This document shows positions 48,466 through 57,635 of a DNA stretch of 64,000 nucleotides, piece by piece. The stretch is from Candidatus Falkowbacteria bacterium (GTDB taxonomy: Bacteria > Patescibacteriota > Patescibacteriia > Patescibacteriales > GWE2-39-37). The notes below the pieces were generated by a model that made no database searches, was not told where the DNA came from, and saw only the letters and a list, made by a program, of their open reading frames with translations. The first letter of the stretch is position 1. Each line of letters begins with the position of its first letter. Both the position numbers and the translations under genes were made by a program. Location of the stretch: the NCBI GenBank assembly GCA_037137775.1, contig JBAXJQ010000001.1, positions 32,316-96,315 on the forward strand, read 5' to 3'.

Positions 48466-49854
48466 GTGAACGAATACAAATTATTACTTAAATCAATTAC
48501 CCAGCCAACAGCTGATTTGCTAATATTAGAGCTGGTTAATCATGACAACAGTCCAGTTTTTAGTTATAAGCCGGGTCAATACGTGATGTTGTCGTATGTT
48601 AATGAGCAGGGTAAAAAAGAGGAAAAACATGCTTTTTCTATTGCCAGCTCACCAACCGAGAGTGGGGTTATTCGGTTAGGCATTCGGAAACAGGGAACAT
48701 TTACTCAAGGCTTAGCCAAGCTCAAGCCCGGTGCGCCTTTTGTTGTGTATGGTCCGTATGGTCATTTTTGTTTTAACGAAACCAAGCATCCCGATGTCGT
48801 TTTTTTTGCTGGCGGTATTGGCATTACGCCATTTTACAGTGCAATGCGTTACGCTACGGATAAGGGTTTGTCAAATAATTTGTCATTGGTTTATAGTAAT
48901 CGTACCTTAGCCGGTACTGCGTTTTATAATGAAATTAATAATTTAGCCAGTAACAATCCTCGATTACGAACATTGTTTTCCGTGACTGATGAGACATTGC
49001 CAGTAGCTGCACCAAATTTGTTAAATAAAAAAATCGATTTATTTATAACCAAAGATTTTATTGGCACAACGGTTGGTAAGACATTTTTCTTGTGCGGGCC
49101 AGCACCATTCATGGCTGGCATGAAAAAAAATCTGTTAGAACTCGGTGCGCTTGAGGAACAAATTTTAATGGAAGAGTTTTCCATGATTTCAACTCAGAGT
49201 TTTTTCTTAAAGATAAAATATCTCTCCACCGTGGCAGGCTATGGTGCTTTGGCATTGCTACTACCGTTGTATTTAATCTCGGCAGCTAGCGGTAAAAGCT
49301 TGTTTATTAAGCCAACTGCTGCAACCGCAGTTTTAAATCAAGCTCAGGACAACACCCAGCCCCCATTAAATAAATTGCCAGAGGCAGACGACAAAATTCC
49401 TTATAATGATCTGACAGACGATGATGAAAATAATAAAATTGAATTTGATCAGGCCGCTACTCAGCCAACTGCTGTTGCTGACTCGGTAAGTAATGGTTTG
49501 GTAGAACCAATAAAATATCAAGCTCCAGTTCCAGTAAAACCGGTTCAACCAACTGCCATAAAGAACTCGGTTGTTAAACAACCAGTAGCAGCACCCAAGC
49601 CGACCACCGCTGCATCAGTGGTAACTAAAACAACTCCAGCGCCTATTACTCCGACTACGCCAGCGCCCGTAACATCCGCCTCGGCACCAGCTGGCAGTGC
49701 TACCACGCCTTCGACAAATAATAATCCAACCGTTGCGCCAACACCAACAACCGGCGCCTCGACTGCAGCTACTGGTGGAACGGTTTCAAACCCAACAACA
49801 CCCACAACAAATACTGGTGGCAGTCGTCGAAATAGAGAAGATGATGATGATTAA
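48466..49854 (+). CDS. FNR-type FAD/NAD(P)H oxidoreductase fused through one TM helix to a Pro/Thr/Ala-rich disordered stalk
   Basis: YKPGQY, HAFSIAS, GTFT, GPYG, AGGIGITP, FLCGP, EEF; then hydrophobic VAGYGALALLLPLYLISAA; then a low-complexity tail. Confidence 0.88.
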   Translation: MNEYKLLLKSITQPTADLLILELVNHDNSPVFSYKPGQYVMLSYVNEQGKKEEKHAFSIASSPTESGVIRLGIRKQGTFTQGLAKLKPGAPFVVYGPYGHFCFNETKHPDVVFFAGGIGITPFYSAMRYATDKGLSNNLSLVYSNRTLAGTAFYNEINNLASNNPRLRTLFSVTDETLPVAAPNLLNKKIDLFITKDFIGTTVGKTFFLCGPAPFMAGMKKNLLELGALEEQILMEEFSMISTQSFFLKIKYLSTVAGYGALALLLPLYLISAASGKSLFIKPTAATAVLNQAQDNTQPPLNKLPEADDKIPYNDLTDDDENNKIEFDQAATQPTAVADSVSNGLVEPIKYQAPVPVKPVQPTAIKNSVVKQPVAAPKPTTAASVVTKTTPAPITPTTPAPVTSASAPAGSATTPSTNNNPTVAPTPTTGASTAATGGTVSNPTTPTTNTGGSRRNREDDDD

Positions 49855-49863
49855 AAATAACCC

Positions 49864-50268
49864 ATGAAAAAATTTAAGATTATTAGTTTGCCGATTTTAT
49901 TGTTAGCAGTAGTTTTTAGCATAGGCGGCTATTATTGGGGTGCGCTCAGTCAGCGTTCTAAAGTTTATATTATCACAAGAAATGATCAAGTATCGACGAC
50001 TACGCCTACAAATCAGGTTGCGACAACTACCAACGTAAAGCCAGTTACAAGTGTTTCAGGCGTGGTTGCACCAGTTGTAACTAAACCGGCTCCCGTTCCA
50101 ACCGCTCCAAGTATAGTCAAGCCAAGTGCAACAAAACCAAACATCCCTGCCGTAAACCAGCCGGCCACAGTGAAGCCAACACCGACACCAACCCCTGCAC
50201 CAGTTGTTATGCCAGTTCCAGTCCCGACACCAACTCCTGCACCAGCACCTACTACAAAGGTTTCTTAG
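49864..50268 (+). CDS. Membrane-anchored Pro/Thr/Val-rich disordered protein, candidate flavinylation substrate
   Basis: N-terminal basic residues plus TM helix; PT repeats; ends in PTTKVS. Confidence 0.75.
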   Translation: MKKFKIISLPILLLAVVFSIGGYYWGALSQRSKVYIITRNDQVSTTTPTNQVATTTNVKPVTSVSGVVAPVVTKPAPVPTAPSIVKPSATKPNIPAVNQPATVKPTPTPTPAPVVMPVPVPTPTPAPAPTTKVS

Positions 50269-50272
50269 TCGT

Positions 50273-51220
50273 ATGGCAATGTTATGGAAAAAATTTGAGG
50301 CATTAGGCACAGAAATTATTATTACCGCCGACTTACGACCTGAACAGAAATATTTACTTGATAAGGCGCAAGCCAGTGTAGTGGAATTTGAGCAACGATT
50401 TAGTCGCTTTATTCCAGATAGCGAGCTTAACATGTTGAATAATTTTGCAGGCGGAGAATATCGCCTTAGCGCCCAATTTGCGGATTTACTTAAACACGCA
50501 CAAACGTTTTATCACGAAACCAACGGTTTATTCGATCCAGTAATAATTGATGTCTTAGAGGGAATTGGTTATGACCGAAATTTTTCCGATATTAATTCAC
50601 ATAATCTAACTAAACAACAGGTAGAAATTAAATGGCAGACAGCTAGTTCGATCTATGAACATCGTCCAAAAATGGATGAGTTAAAGATGAATGGGGAAGT
50701 AGCACTGGTGCCACCTGGTTTTAGATTAGATTTAGGTGGATTGGGTAAGGGCTACGTTGTAGATTTAATTGCCCGTGAAGTGTTTGCCGATATTAAAAAT
50801 TTTTGGATATCAGCTGGTGGCGATTTACTTGCCAATGGTAATGATGAACAGAAAAATGGCTGGCAGATTGGCGTGCAAAATCCATTAAAGCCAGAATCCG
50901 AAAGTTTTTACATCAACACCTTGGGTAAGCAGCTTGGCATTGCTACTTCTGGGGTAATTAAACGCAAGGGCGAGGCCGGTGGACTTGCATGGCACCATAT
51001 CATTGATCCACACACTGGTCGTCCGGCTATAGTTGATATCTTGTCCGTTAGTGTAGTCGCTCCATCGGCAGAGACAGCTGATGTATATGCTAAAACAATA
51101 TTATTGCTTGGCTCAAAGGCTGGAGTGGAATTTGCGGATCAACACGAGGGCGTGGGTTGTATTATATTTTTAACAGACGGTGCTCCGATTTTTTCACGGG
51201 GCATGGTCGCATATTTGTAA
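50273..51220 (+). CDS. apbE: FAD:protein FMN transferase
   Basis: ALGTEI, FSRFIPDSEL, TNGLFDP, DLGGLGKGY, SAGGDL, ATSG, HHIIDPHTG, ADVYAK. No signal peptide from ATG 50273. Confidence 0.93.
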   Translation: MAMLWKKFEALGTEIIITADLRPEQKYLLDKAQASVVEFEQRFSRFIPDSELNMLNNFAGGEYRLSAQFADLLKHAQTFYHETNGLFDPVIIDVLEGIGYDRNFSDINSHNLTKQQVEIKWQTASSIYEHRPKMDELKMNGEVALVPPGFRLDLGGLGKGYVVDLIAREVFADIKNFWISAGGDLLANGNDEQKNGWQIGVQNPLKPESESFYINTLGKQLGIATSGVIKRKGEAGGLAWHHIIDPHTGRPAIVDILSVSVVAPSAETADVYAKTILLLGSKAGVEFADQHEGVGCIIFLTDGAPIFSRGMVAYL

Positions 51221-51225
51221 ATTAT

Positions 51226-51942
51226 ATGGAACGAATTATAAAAATTATTTTGATTTTGGCAGTAGTAACCACTATTGGGTATGTCTTGGGGGTAGGCACA
51301 AATACGAGTGAAGTACGAGTTAAAGATGCACAAGGAAATGTTCAAGTAATAAAGCCAGCCGCGACAAGCGAACTTGCAGCGCTTAATCCAGGATATGTTT
51401 CACAGCTTCCGTGGTTTATTTCTCGTTCATCTGCTTTAGCTGCGTACATTTTGTTATTTGCCATCGTAATTTGGGGCATGGGCATGACCGTTGGTTGGAC
51501 ATACAAAATTTTTGATCCAGCACGAGCCTGGCAACTACATCAAGACATGAGTCTTTCTTTTGCGGTTTTAGTAGTAGTACACGCCTTTTCATTGTTATTC
51601 GATCATTTTATAAATTTTACCATTCTGGATATTTTGATTCCGTTTTTTTCCAAATTTAACACCATCTTTTTAAGCTTGGGTATAATTGGATTCTATTTAC
51701 TTGTTGCCATTGTGGTAATTTCAGTATTCTTGCGACTTAAGATGCCACGTTTGTGGCGCCTGAATCACTATTCAACCTTTTTGTTATTTATTTTTGCTAC
51801 TTTACATGGGTTTAACATGGGTACGGATTCGTCTACGATGATTATGAAAATTGTCTACCCAGTTGCTGCTATTGTGTTTTTATTAGTTGCCACATATCGC
51901 TTTATTATTTATCCTCTGAGTGTAAAAAAGAAAATCGGCTAA
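51226..51942 (+). CDS. Ferric-reductase-like (MsrQ-type) transmembrane cytochrome b
   Basis: WFISRSSALAAY and four TM histidines (WQLHQ, VVHAF, WRLNHY, TLHGF), followed by GTD. Confidence 0.85.
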   Translation: MERIIKIILILAVVTTIGYVLGVGTNTSEVRVKDAQGNVQVIKPAATSELAALNPGYVSQLPWFISRSSALAAYILLFAIVIWGMGMTVGWTYKIFDPARAWQLHQDMSLSFAVLVVVHAFSLLFDHFINFTILDILIPFFSKFNTIFLSLGIIGFYLLVAIVVISVFLRLKMPRLWRLNHYSTFLLFIFATLHGFNMGTDSSTMIMKIVYPVAAIVFLLVATYRFIIYPLSVKKKIG

Positions 51943-52026
51943 AGTTTCGACATTTTAAAACGAATTTGTCAATTAAAAAAAGGCAAATTCGTTTTATTTT
52001 AACTAATATTAAACAAAAATGTATAT

Positions 52027-52055
52027 TGACTAAATCATTGTGATTTGGTAATATT
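52027..52055 (+). promoter_or_regulatory. Probable rnpB promoter
   Basis: TTGACT-17 nt (ending TGG)-TAATAT. Confidence 0.5.
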
Positions 52056-52080
52056 ATGTAAGTTAGTAATTTGCCAAAAT

Positions 52081-52493
52081 AGATATTTCTAGGTCAAACA
52101 GGCGGCTGCTCGGGGCAAAAAATATGCCTCGGGAGGAAAGTCCGGACTCCAACAAAATGATGGTGGCTAACGGCCACGAGGAGTAATCCTACGGAAAGTG
52201 CCACAGAGACAATACTAGCTTCGAGTTAATCGAAGTGAAAGGTGAAAAGTTTCAAGAGGTTTTCGTTCTATTGGCTAGCCGTTTAACGAAGGCTACTTGA
52301 TTCGCTCCCATGTGAGTGGGATGCGTGGTAAACCCCATCTGGAGCAAGAGCAAACCTATAGGTTGTTGCATAAGCAATACGCTATAGATGAAAAGTGGCT
52401 CGCTTGAAGCGATTGGTAACAATCGTTCCAGATAGATAGTCGTCCTCTTAATTAAGAGACAGAATCCGGCTTACGGTTGGCCTAGAAATATCT
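52081..52493 (+). ncRNA. rnpB: RNase P RNA
   Basis: GAGGAAAGTCCGGACTC, GGAAAGTGCCACAGA, GGTAAACCCC..GAGCAA, ACAGAATCCGGCTTA. Ends pair as AGATATTTCTAGGTCAA/TTGGCCTAGAAATATCT. Confidence 0.95.
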
Positions 52494-52515
52494 GCATTGG
52501 TAAAATAAATAAATT

Positions 52516-53931
52516 ATGAAGCGATCAGAATTATTTTTTTCTTTTCTTTTGGTGCCGCTCGACTTCGCTATGATTGTCTTGGCTGGAATTTCAGCCTATA
52601 ATTTGCGTTTTGCGCAAATAGCCACGGAAATCCGTCCAGTTATTTTTAATTTGCGTTTCGGTGACTATATTCAAATTTTACTCGGCATTGCGATTGCTTG
52701 GCTTTTTATTTTTGCGTTTGCTGGGTTATATCGCATTCGGGGAAATAAAAGCTTGGTTAACGAATTTTATTCGATTGTTCAAGCTAGCTCTACTGGCTTG
52801 GTGTTAATCGTTTTATTAATTTTCTTTTTTCGCGAGTTATTTTCCTCGCGATTTATTGTATTAGCCGGCTATGTTTTGGCCATGTTGTATATTTTAATTG
52901 CTCGATTGATTGTTCGTTTAATCCAACGCATTTTATATAATCACAATATTGGGGTACGTAAAGTTGTTATTGTGGGTAATGGCAAAACGGCAGATATTTT
53001 AATTGCGTATTTTTCTAGTCGCAAAGTTGCTGGCTATGAAGTTTTTAAGCGTTTGCGTGATTTTAGTTTGGAAACGGCGCAAGAGTTGGCAAAAATGCTT
53101 GAAACGAAAGAGGCGGACGAGATAATTCAATGCGATCCAAATTTATCTAAAGCTGAGGTGGTTCGATTGTTTGATTTTGCTTACGAACACCATTTGAGTT
53201 TTAAATACGCTGCTGACCTACTTGATGCCAAGGTGTTAAAGACAGAGGTGACAGAGGTGGTGGGCATTCCAATAGTAGAGGTAGAACGAACATCGCTAGA
53301 GGGTTGGGGGCGCATTATTAAACGCATTTTTGATATTATTGGTTCAAGCTTAATCATTATTATAATTAGTCCAATATTACTAGTCACTGCTATGTTAATT
53401 AAGCTGGACTCTAGAGGGCCGGTGTTTTTTAATAAGCGTGATGATGGTACGCCAGTTTATCGAGTCGGGCAGGGTGGCAGGTTGTTTAAATATTTTAAAT
53501 TTCGTTCGATGCGCCCTGGAACTGACAATATGCGTTACGCAGAGTTGGCTGGTCAAAATTTACGCAGTGATGGGCCGATGGTAAAAATTAAGGACGACCC
53601 GAGAGTAACTCGCGTGGGGAGATTTATTAGACGATTTAGTATTGATGAACTAGCGGAGCTGTTTTTGGTGCTAAAGGGCGACATGAGCCTAGTTGGTCCT
53701 CGACCACATTTGCCAGAGGAAGTTGCTAAATACGAGCAATCTCACAAAAAAGTGTTAACCATTAAGCCAGGGATAACTGGTTTGGCTCAGGTTTCTGGTC
53801 GCAGTGATTTAACGTTTGAAGAAGAAGTAAAGCTCGATACCTATTATATTGAAAATTGGAGTTTATTATTAGACTTATCAATCATGTTGCAAACCCCGAT
53901 GGCCGTACTAAAAAATCGTCAAGCTGAATAG
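52516..53931 (+). CDS. Polyprenyl-phosphate glycosylphosphotransferase (WcaJ/WbaP family)
   Basis: KRIFDI, FKFRSM, DDPRVTRVGRFIRRFSIDEL, MSLVGPRP, KPGITGLAQV. Confidence 0.93.
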   Translation: MKRSELFFSFLLVPLDFAMIVLAGISAYNLRFAQIATEIRPVIFNLRFGDYIQILLGIAIAWLFIFAFAGLYRIRGNKSLVNEFYSIVQASSTGLVLIVLLIFFFRELFSSRFIVLAGYVLAMLYILIARLIVRLIQRILYNHNIGVRKVVIVGNGKTADILIAYFSSRKVAGYEVFKRLRDFSLETAQELAKMLETKEADEIIQCDPNLSKAEVVRLFDFAYEHHLSFKYAADLLDAKVLKTEVTEVVGIPIVEVERTSLEGWGRIIKRIFDIIGSSLIIIIISPILLVTAMLIKLDSRGPVFFNKRDDGTPVYRVGQGGRLFKYFKFRSMRPGTDNMRYAELAGQNLRSDGPMVKIKDDPRVTRVGRFIRRFSIDELAELFLVLKGDMSLVGPRPHLPEEVAKYEQSHKKVLTIKPGITGLAQVSGRSDLTFEEEVKLDTYYIENWSLLLDLSIMLQTPMAVLKNRQAE

Positions 53932-53934
53932 CCT

Positions 53935-55053
53935 ATGAAAGTTGCCTTAGTTCATGATCACTTAGCTCAAGATGGTGGCGCGGAAAAAGTATTAAAGGTT
54001 CTAACCGAGCTTTTTCCTGACGCACCGATTTATACGCTATTGTTCGAGCCCAAGAATGTCAGTAAAAATTTTAAGAACAAGGATATTCGGACATCGATTA
54101 TCCAGCGTTTGCCGGGAGGCATAAAACATTATCGATGGTATTTGCCACTCATGCCCATAGCGGTAGAGTTTTTTGATTTGCGAGATTACGACGTGGTCAT
54201 CTCGGATGCCAGCGCATTCGCCAAGGGTGTAATTACCACTTCGGAAACACTTCATATTTGTTATTGCCATACCCCTACACGGTATCTCTGGAGTGATTCT
54301 CACCAATATTTGAATGAGCTTAGCTATAATAAATATTTTAAAAAAATTATCGCGCTTTTGTTAAGTAATTTACGGCTTTGGGATCGAGCTGCAGCAGATC
54401 GGGTTGATACGTTTATTGCTAATTCCAACTTCATCGCTCGTCGCATCACAAAGTATTATAAGCGTGATTCACAGATTATATATCCGCCAGTTGATGTTGA
54501 TCGTTTTGGCATTTCAAAAGAAATTGGTGATTTTTATTTGATTGGTGGTCGGATTGTACCATATAAGCGAATTGATATTACCGTGGAAGCATTTAAAAAA
54601 TGGGGCAAGAAGTTGGTGGTATTTGGTGATGGGGTAGATTTACCTCGCTTAAAGAAAATTGCTGCTGGTGCACCTAATATCGAATTTGTTGGTCGGGTTG
54701 ACGATGCCACGCAAGCGGCACTGTATCAAAAGTGTTTGGCCTTTATTCATCCGCAAGAAGAGGACTTTGGTATTACTGCGGTTGAGGCCATGGCGTCTGG
54801 ACGGCCTGTTGTTGCCTATGGCCGGGGTGGGATACTGGAAATTGTAGCCAATCATAAGACGGGGGTGTTTTTTCACGAACAAACGGCTGACGGGTTACTT
54901 CGCGTCTTAGAGCGTTTTAATCCATTGGCATTTGACCCCAACGTTATTCGCGCCAAGGCCGAGTCATTTTCACGGGAGCGGTTTCGTCAGGAATTAAAAC
55001 ATTTTATCGAGCAAGAATATTGTCGCTTTACTCAAGGTAAGTGTGATTTTTAA
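53935..55053 (+). CDS. GT4 glycosyltransferase (WbaZ-like)
   Basis: VALVHDHL..GGAEKV, YCHTPTRY, EDFGITAVEAMASG. Confidence 0.9.
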   Translation: MKVALVHDHLAQDGGAEKVLKVLTELFPDAPIYTLLFEPKNVSKNFKNKDIRTSIIQRLPGGIKHYRWYLPLMPIAVEFFDLRDYDVVISDASAFAKGVITTSETLHICYCHTPTRYLWSDSHQYLNELSYNKYFKKIIALLLSNLRLWDRAAADRVDTFIANSNFIARRITKYYKRDSQIIYPPVDVDRFGISKEIGDFYLIGGRIVPYKRIDITVEAFKKWGKKLVVFGDGVDLPRLKKIAAGAPNIEFVGRVDDATQAALYQKCLAFIHPQEEDFGITAVEAMASGRPVVAYGRGGILEIVANHKTGVFFHEQTADGLLRVLERFNPLAFDPNVIRAKAESFSRERFRQELKHFIEQEYCRFTQGKCDF

Positions 55054-55055
55054 TT

Positions 55056-56213
55056 ATGCGTATTGGCATCGATGCCACGCCCTTGCTAGATAAGCAATAT
55101 AGTGGCGTGTCAGAATTAACGTATCAATTGCTCAAAAATATTATTCCACAAGATCAGGACAATACCTATGTCCTGTTTTGTAATTCAAGACACAAATTGC
55201 CCGTAAATTTTAATGAATTGACTCGACTAGGTGCAAAAGTTGAAACAACACACTATCCTAGTAAAGTATTTAATTATATTTTACAAAAACGTCTGGGGTA
55301 TCCCAAATTAGACAAGAGAACTAACGCTGATATTTTTTATTCGCCACATTTTAATTTCGGTGCAATTTTGAAGGCCACTCCAGCGATAATGACCGTGCAT
55401 GACGTCTCATTTTTGCATTATCCGGAATTTTTTTCTTGGCGTAAAAATGTATGGCATCGTCAACTTGATATTATTCCCTTACTGCAAAAACAAAACAGGC
55501 TAGTAGCAGTTAGTGAACAAACCAAGCAAGATGTGATTCGAATGTGTCAGATTGATGCGGAAAAAATTTCCGTTGTGTATCCTGGTATTAATTCGTTGTA
55601 TCTAAATAATGCGACAAGTCAAAATGACAAAGACGCAATTGTTGAAAAATATCATTTGCCCAAAAAGTTTATTTATACATTAGGCACCATTGAGCCTCGT
55701 AAAAATATTGATGGTTTAATTCTGGCATATGAAGCACTGCGAGAAAAATACCAAGATTTAAGTGAATATCATTTAGTGATCGCTGGAGCCTCTGGTTGGA
55801 AAAATAGCGCGATTTATCAAACATGGGAAAAATCAAAATTTAAAAATCAAATTCATTTTTTAGGCTATGTGCCGCTTGAAGACAAGCTTGGCTTGTACCA
55901 GCTTGCTACCATTTTTGTTTATCTTTCATATTATGAGGGGTTTGGCTTCCCACCACTCGAAGCGATGGCCTCTGGCACGCCAGTGGTTTCTAGTTATGCT
56001 GGTAGCTTGGCAGAGGTCTTAGCAGACGCAGCATTATTAGTTGATCCCTATAATCATTTAGACGCAACCGAAGCCATGGCAACCATGCTTCAATCCGAAT
56101 CGGTGCGTCAAATCTATATTGAGCGAGGCTTAAATCAAGCCAAGCAATTTAACTGGAAAAATACTGCTCTAAAATATTTAGAGATTTTTAAGACTGCTAA
56201 AAAGATTAAATAA
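55056..56213 (+). CDS. GT4 glycosyltransferase (mannosyltransferase-like)
   Basis: GTIEPRKN, YEGFGFPPLEAMASG. Confidence 0.9.
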   Translation: MRIGIDATPLLDKQYSGVSELTYQLLKNIIPQDQDNTYVLFCNSRHKLPVNFNELTRLGAKVETTHYPSKVFNYILQKRLGYPKLDKRTNADIFYSPHFNFGAILKATPAIMTVHDVSFLHYPEFFSWRKNVWHRQLDIIPLLQKQNRLVAVSEQTKQDVIRMCQIDAEKISVVYPGINSLYLNNATSQNDKDAIVEKYHLPKKFIYTLGTIEPRKNIDGLILAYEALREKYQDLSEYHLVIAGASGWKNSAIYQTWEKSKFKNQIHFLGYVPLEDKLGLYQLATIFVYLSYYEGFGFPPLEAMASGTPVVSSYAGSLAEVLADAALLVDPYNHLDATEAMATMLQSESVRQIYIERGLNQAKQFNWKNTALKYLEIFKTAKKIK

Positions 56214-56892
56214 TTTTAGTGCCAATAAATTTTTGACTGGTTAAGCATTTACGCAGATTAGCATAATTTTTTCCATCAAGAATATCAACTTCCAGACCTA
56301 GTTTGTGGGCTAGTTTGCTCGCTACTGGATCAAAAGGAGCATTGGCTCCAGGTGACCATTTTTCGGGCAAAAGTTTGCGAAATTCAGGCCAGTTGATTTT
56401 AGTAATCGGGTGAGCATTTTTATATTTAGCCGGGTCTTTATCATAAACACAGGTGATGTTTGATAGGTTCAATATTCGCTTTGCCTTGAGTTGTTTTGCA
56501 ATTAAGACGGCAACATAATCCGTACTCCGACCAGGCTTCCAGCCCGCGGCTATTAAAATTGATTCCGAAAAATGAATTTTTTCTAGCGGATGTGTAATAA
56601 TTTTAGGATTTGCACTTTGATAAAAAATAGTGCGGAGTAAGTGCGCATTTAATCGAGTGCTGTGAATTCCAAGCCAGTCAAGATCCTCGTCAGTTAATTT
56701 AATAACGCTTTTGGCAGCAGATTGATAATATCGACAGGTTTTGCCGCCGCCACAAATTAACACAAATCGTTCGCCCTTGGTAGTTAAATTATCAATGACC
56801 CGTTTAAAGCTTTTTAAAAACGCGACATCAATCTGATCTGGCACAATCAAAGAGCCACCCAGTGAAATTATTGTTATATTATTGTTATTCAT
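56206..56892 (-). CDS. pyrH: UMP kinase, archaeal-like subtype
   Basis: ISLGGS, CGGGKTCRYYQ, DWLGIHSTRLNA, PGRSTD, DKDP, PFDPVA. Confidence 0.88.
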   Translation of the reverse strand: MNNNNITIISLGGSLIVPDQIDVAFLKSFKRVIDNLTTKGERFVLICGGGKTCRYYQSAAKSVIKLTDEDLDWLGIHSTRLNAHLLRTIFYQSANPKIITHPLEKIHFSESILIAAGWKPGRSTDYVAVLIAKQLKAKRILNLSNITCVYDKDPAKYKNAHPITKINWPEFRKLLPEKWSPGANAPFDPVASKLAHKLGLEVDILDGKNYANLRKCLTSQKFIGTKII

Positions 56893-56902
56893 AATGCTAT
56901 TA

Positions 56903-56928
56903 AAAAAAAGAGCCTTTCGGCTCTTTTT
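56903..56928 (-). terminator. Intrinsic terminator after sod
   Basis: AAAAGAGCC-TTTC-GGCTCTTTT with flanking A/T runs. Confidence 0.7.
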
Positions 56929-56932
56929 GGAA

Positions 56933-57511
56933 TTATAAACGATTACTGACTGCTTGCCAGTTAATGGCTGCCATAAAGGCGTCTAAATAATCAGCTCGCT
57001 TAAGTCCGTAGTCGACCATGAAGGCATGTTCAAACACATCCATGATTAAGAGTGGTTTCGCGCCGGCTAAATGCCCACCATCATGCTCGTTAATCCAGGT
57101 ATTAGTTAAGGTGTCTGTGCTTTCGTCGTAATAGAGTATTACCCAACCAATGCCACGTATAGTACCGGTGGCCTTGAACTGTGCTTGCCAGTTTTCAATC
57201 GAACCAAACTGAGCAATGATTTTTTGACCAAGGTTTGAGTTAGTATCTAGTGGGGCAGGGGTTTTGGTGAGATTACTAAAATAAAGTTCATGCAGTCGGA
57301 CACCGTTCCATTCCCAGCCGAACCGGCGTTTTAGTTCAGCGAAGTGTGGTGTGGCAGTCTGGCCATCACTAGCCAGTTGCGCTAATTCGTCACTAACTTT
57401 GTTGGTATTGGTAACATAACCTTGATACAGCGTGAAATGATTGGTTAATAATTGATCAGAGAATCCAGGTAGACCAATCAGCGCCTGAAAATCTTGTGCT
57501 TGGTATGACAT
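56933..57511 (-). CDS. Fe/Mn superoxide dismutase family protein
   Basis: NHFTLYQGYV, LHELYF, GIGW, MDVFEHAF. Confidence 0.88.
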   Translation of the reverse strand: MSYQAQDFQALIGLPGFSDQLLTNHFTLYQGYVTNTNKVSDELAQLASDGQTATPHFAELKRRFGWEWNGVRLHELYFSNLTKTPAPLDTNSNLGQKIIAQFGSIENWQAQFKATGTIRGIGWVILYYDESTDTLTNTWINEHDGGHLAGAKPLLIMDVFEHAFMVDYGLKRADYLDAFMAAINWQAVSNRL

Positions 57512-57635
57512 ATTATTGAAATTAATTATTTAGTCCCCTTATTTTATCACCAAAACGTGCAAATCGTCAATCTTTACGCTTTTGCAATAAATCTTGTTTT
57601 TTATCAAAAATTAGGCTATTATTTAAACAAATCAT

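Noticed and set aside
50204-50272. Extended N-termini in the ORF track (apbE from 50204; likewise 2142, 8898, 17120, 28490, 51157, 62445)
   Set aside because: They overlap upstream genes or promoters. Downstream ATG/GTG starts fit the domain boundaries better.
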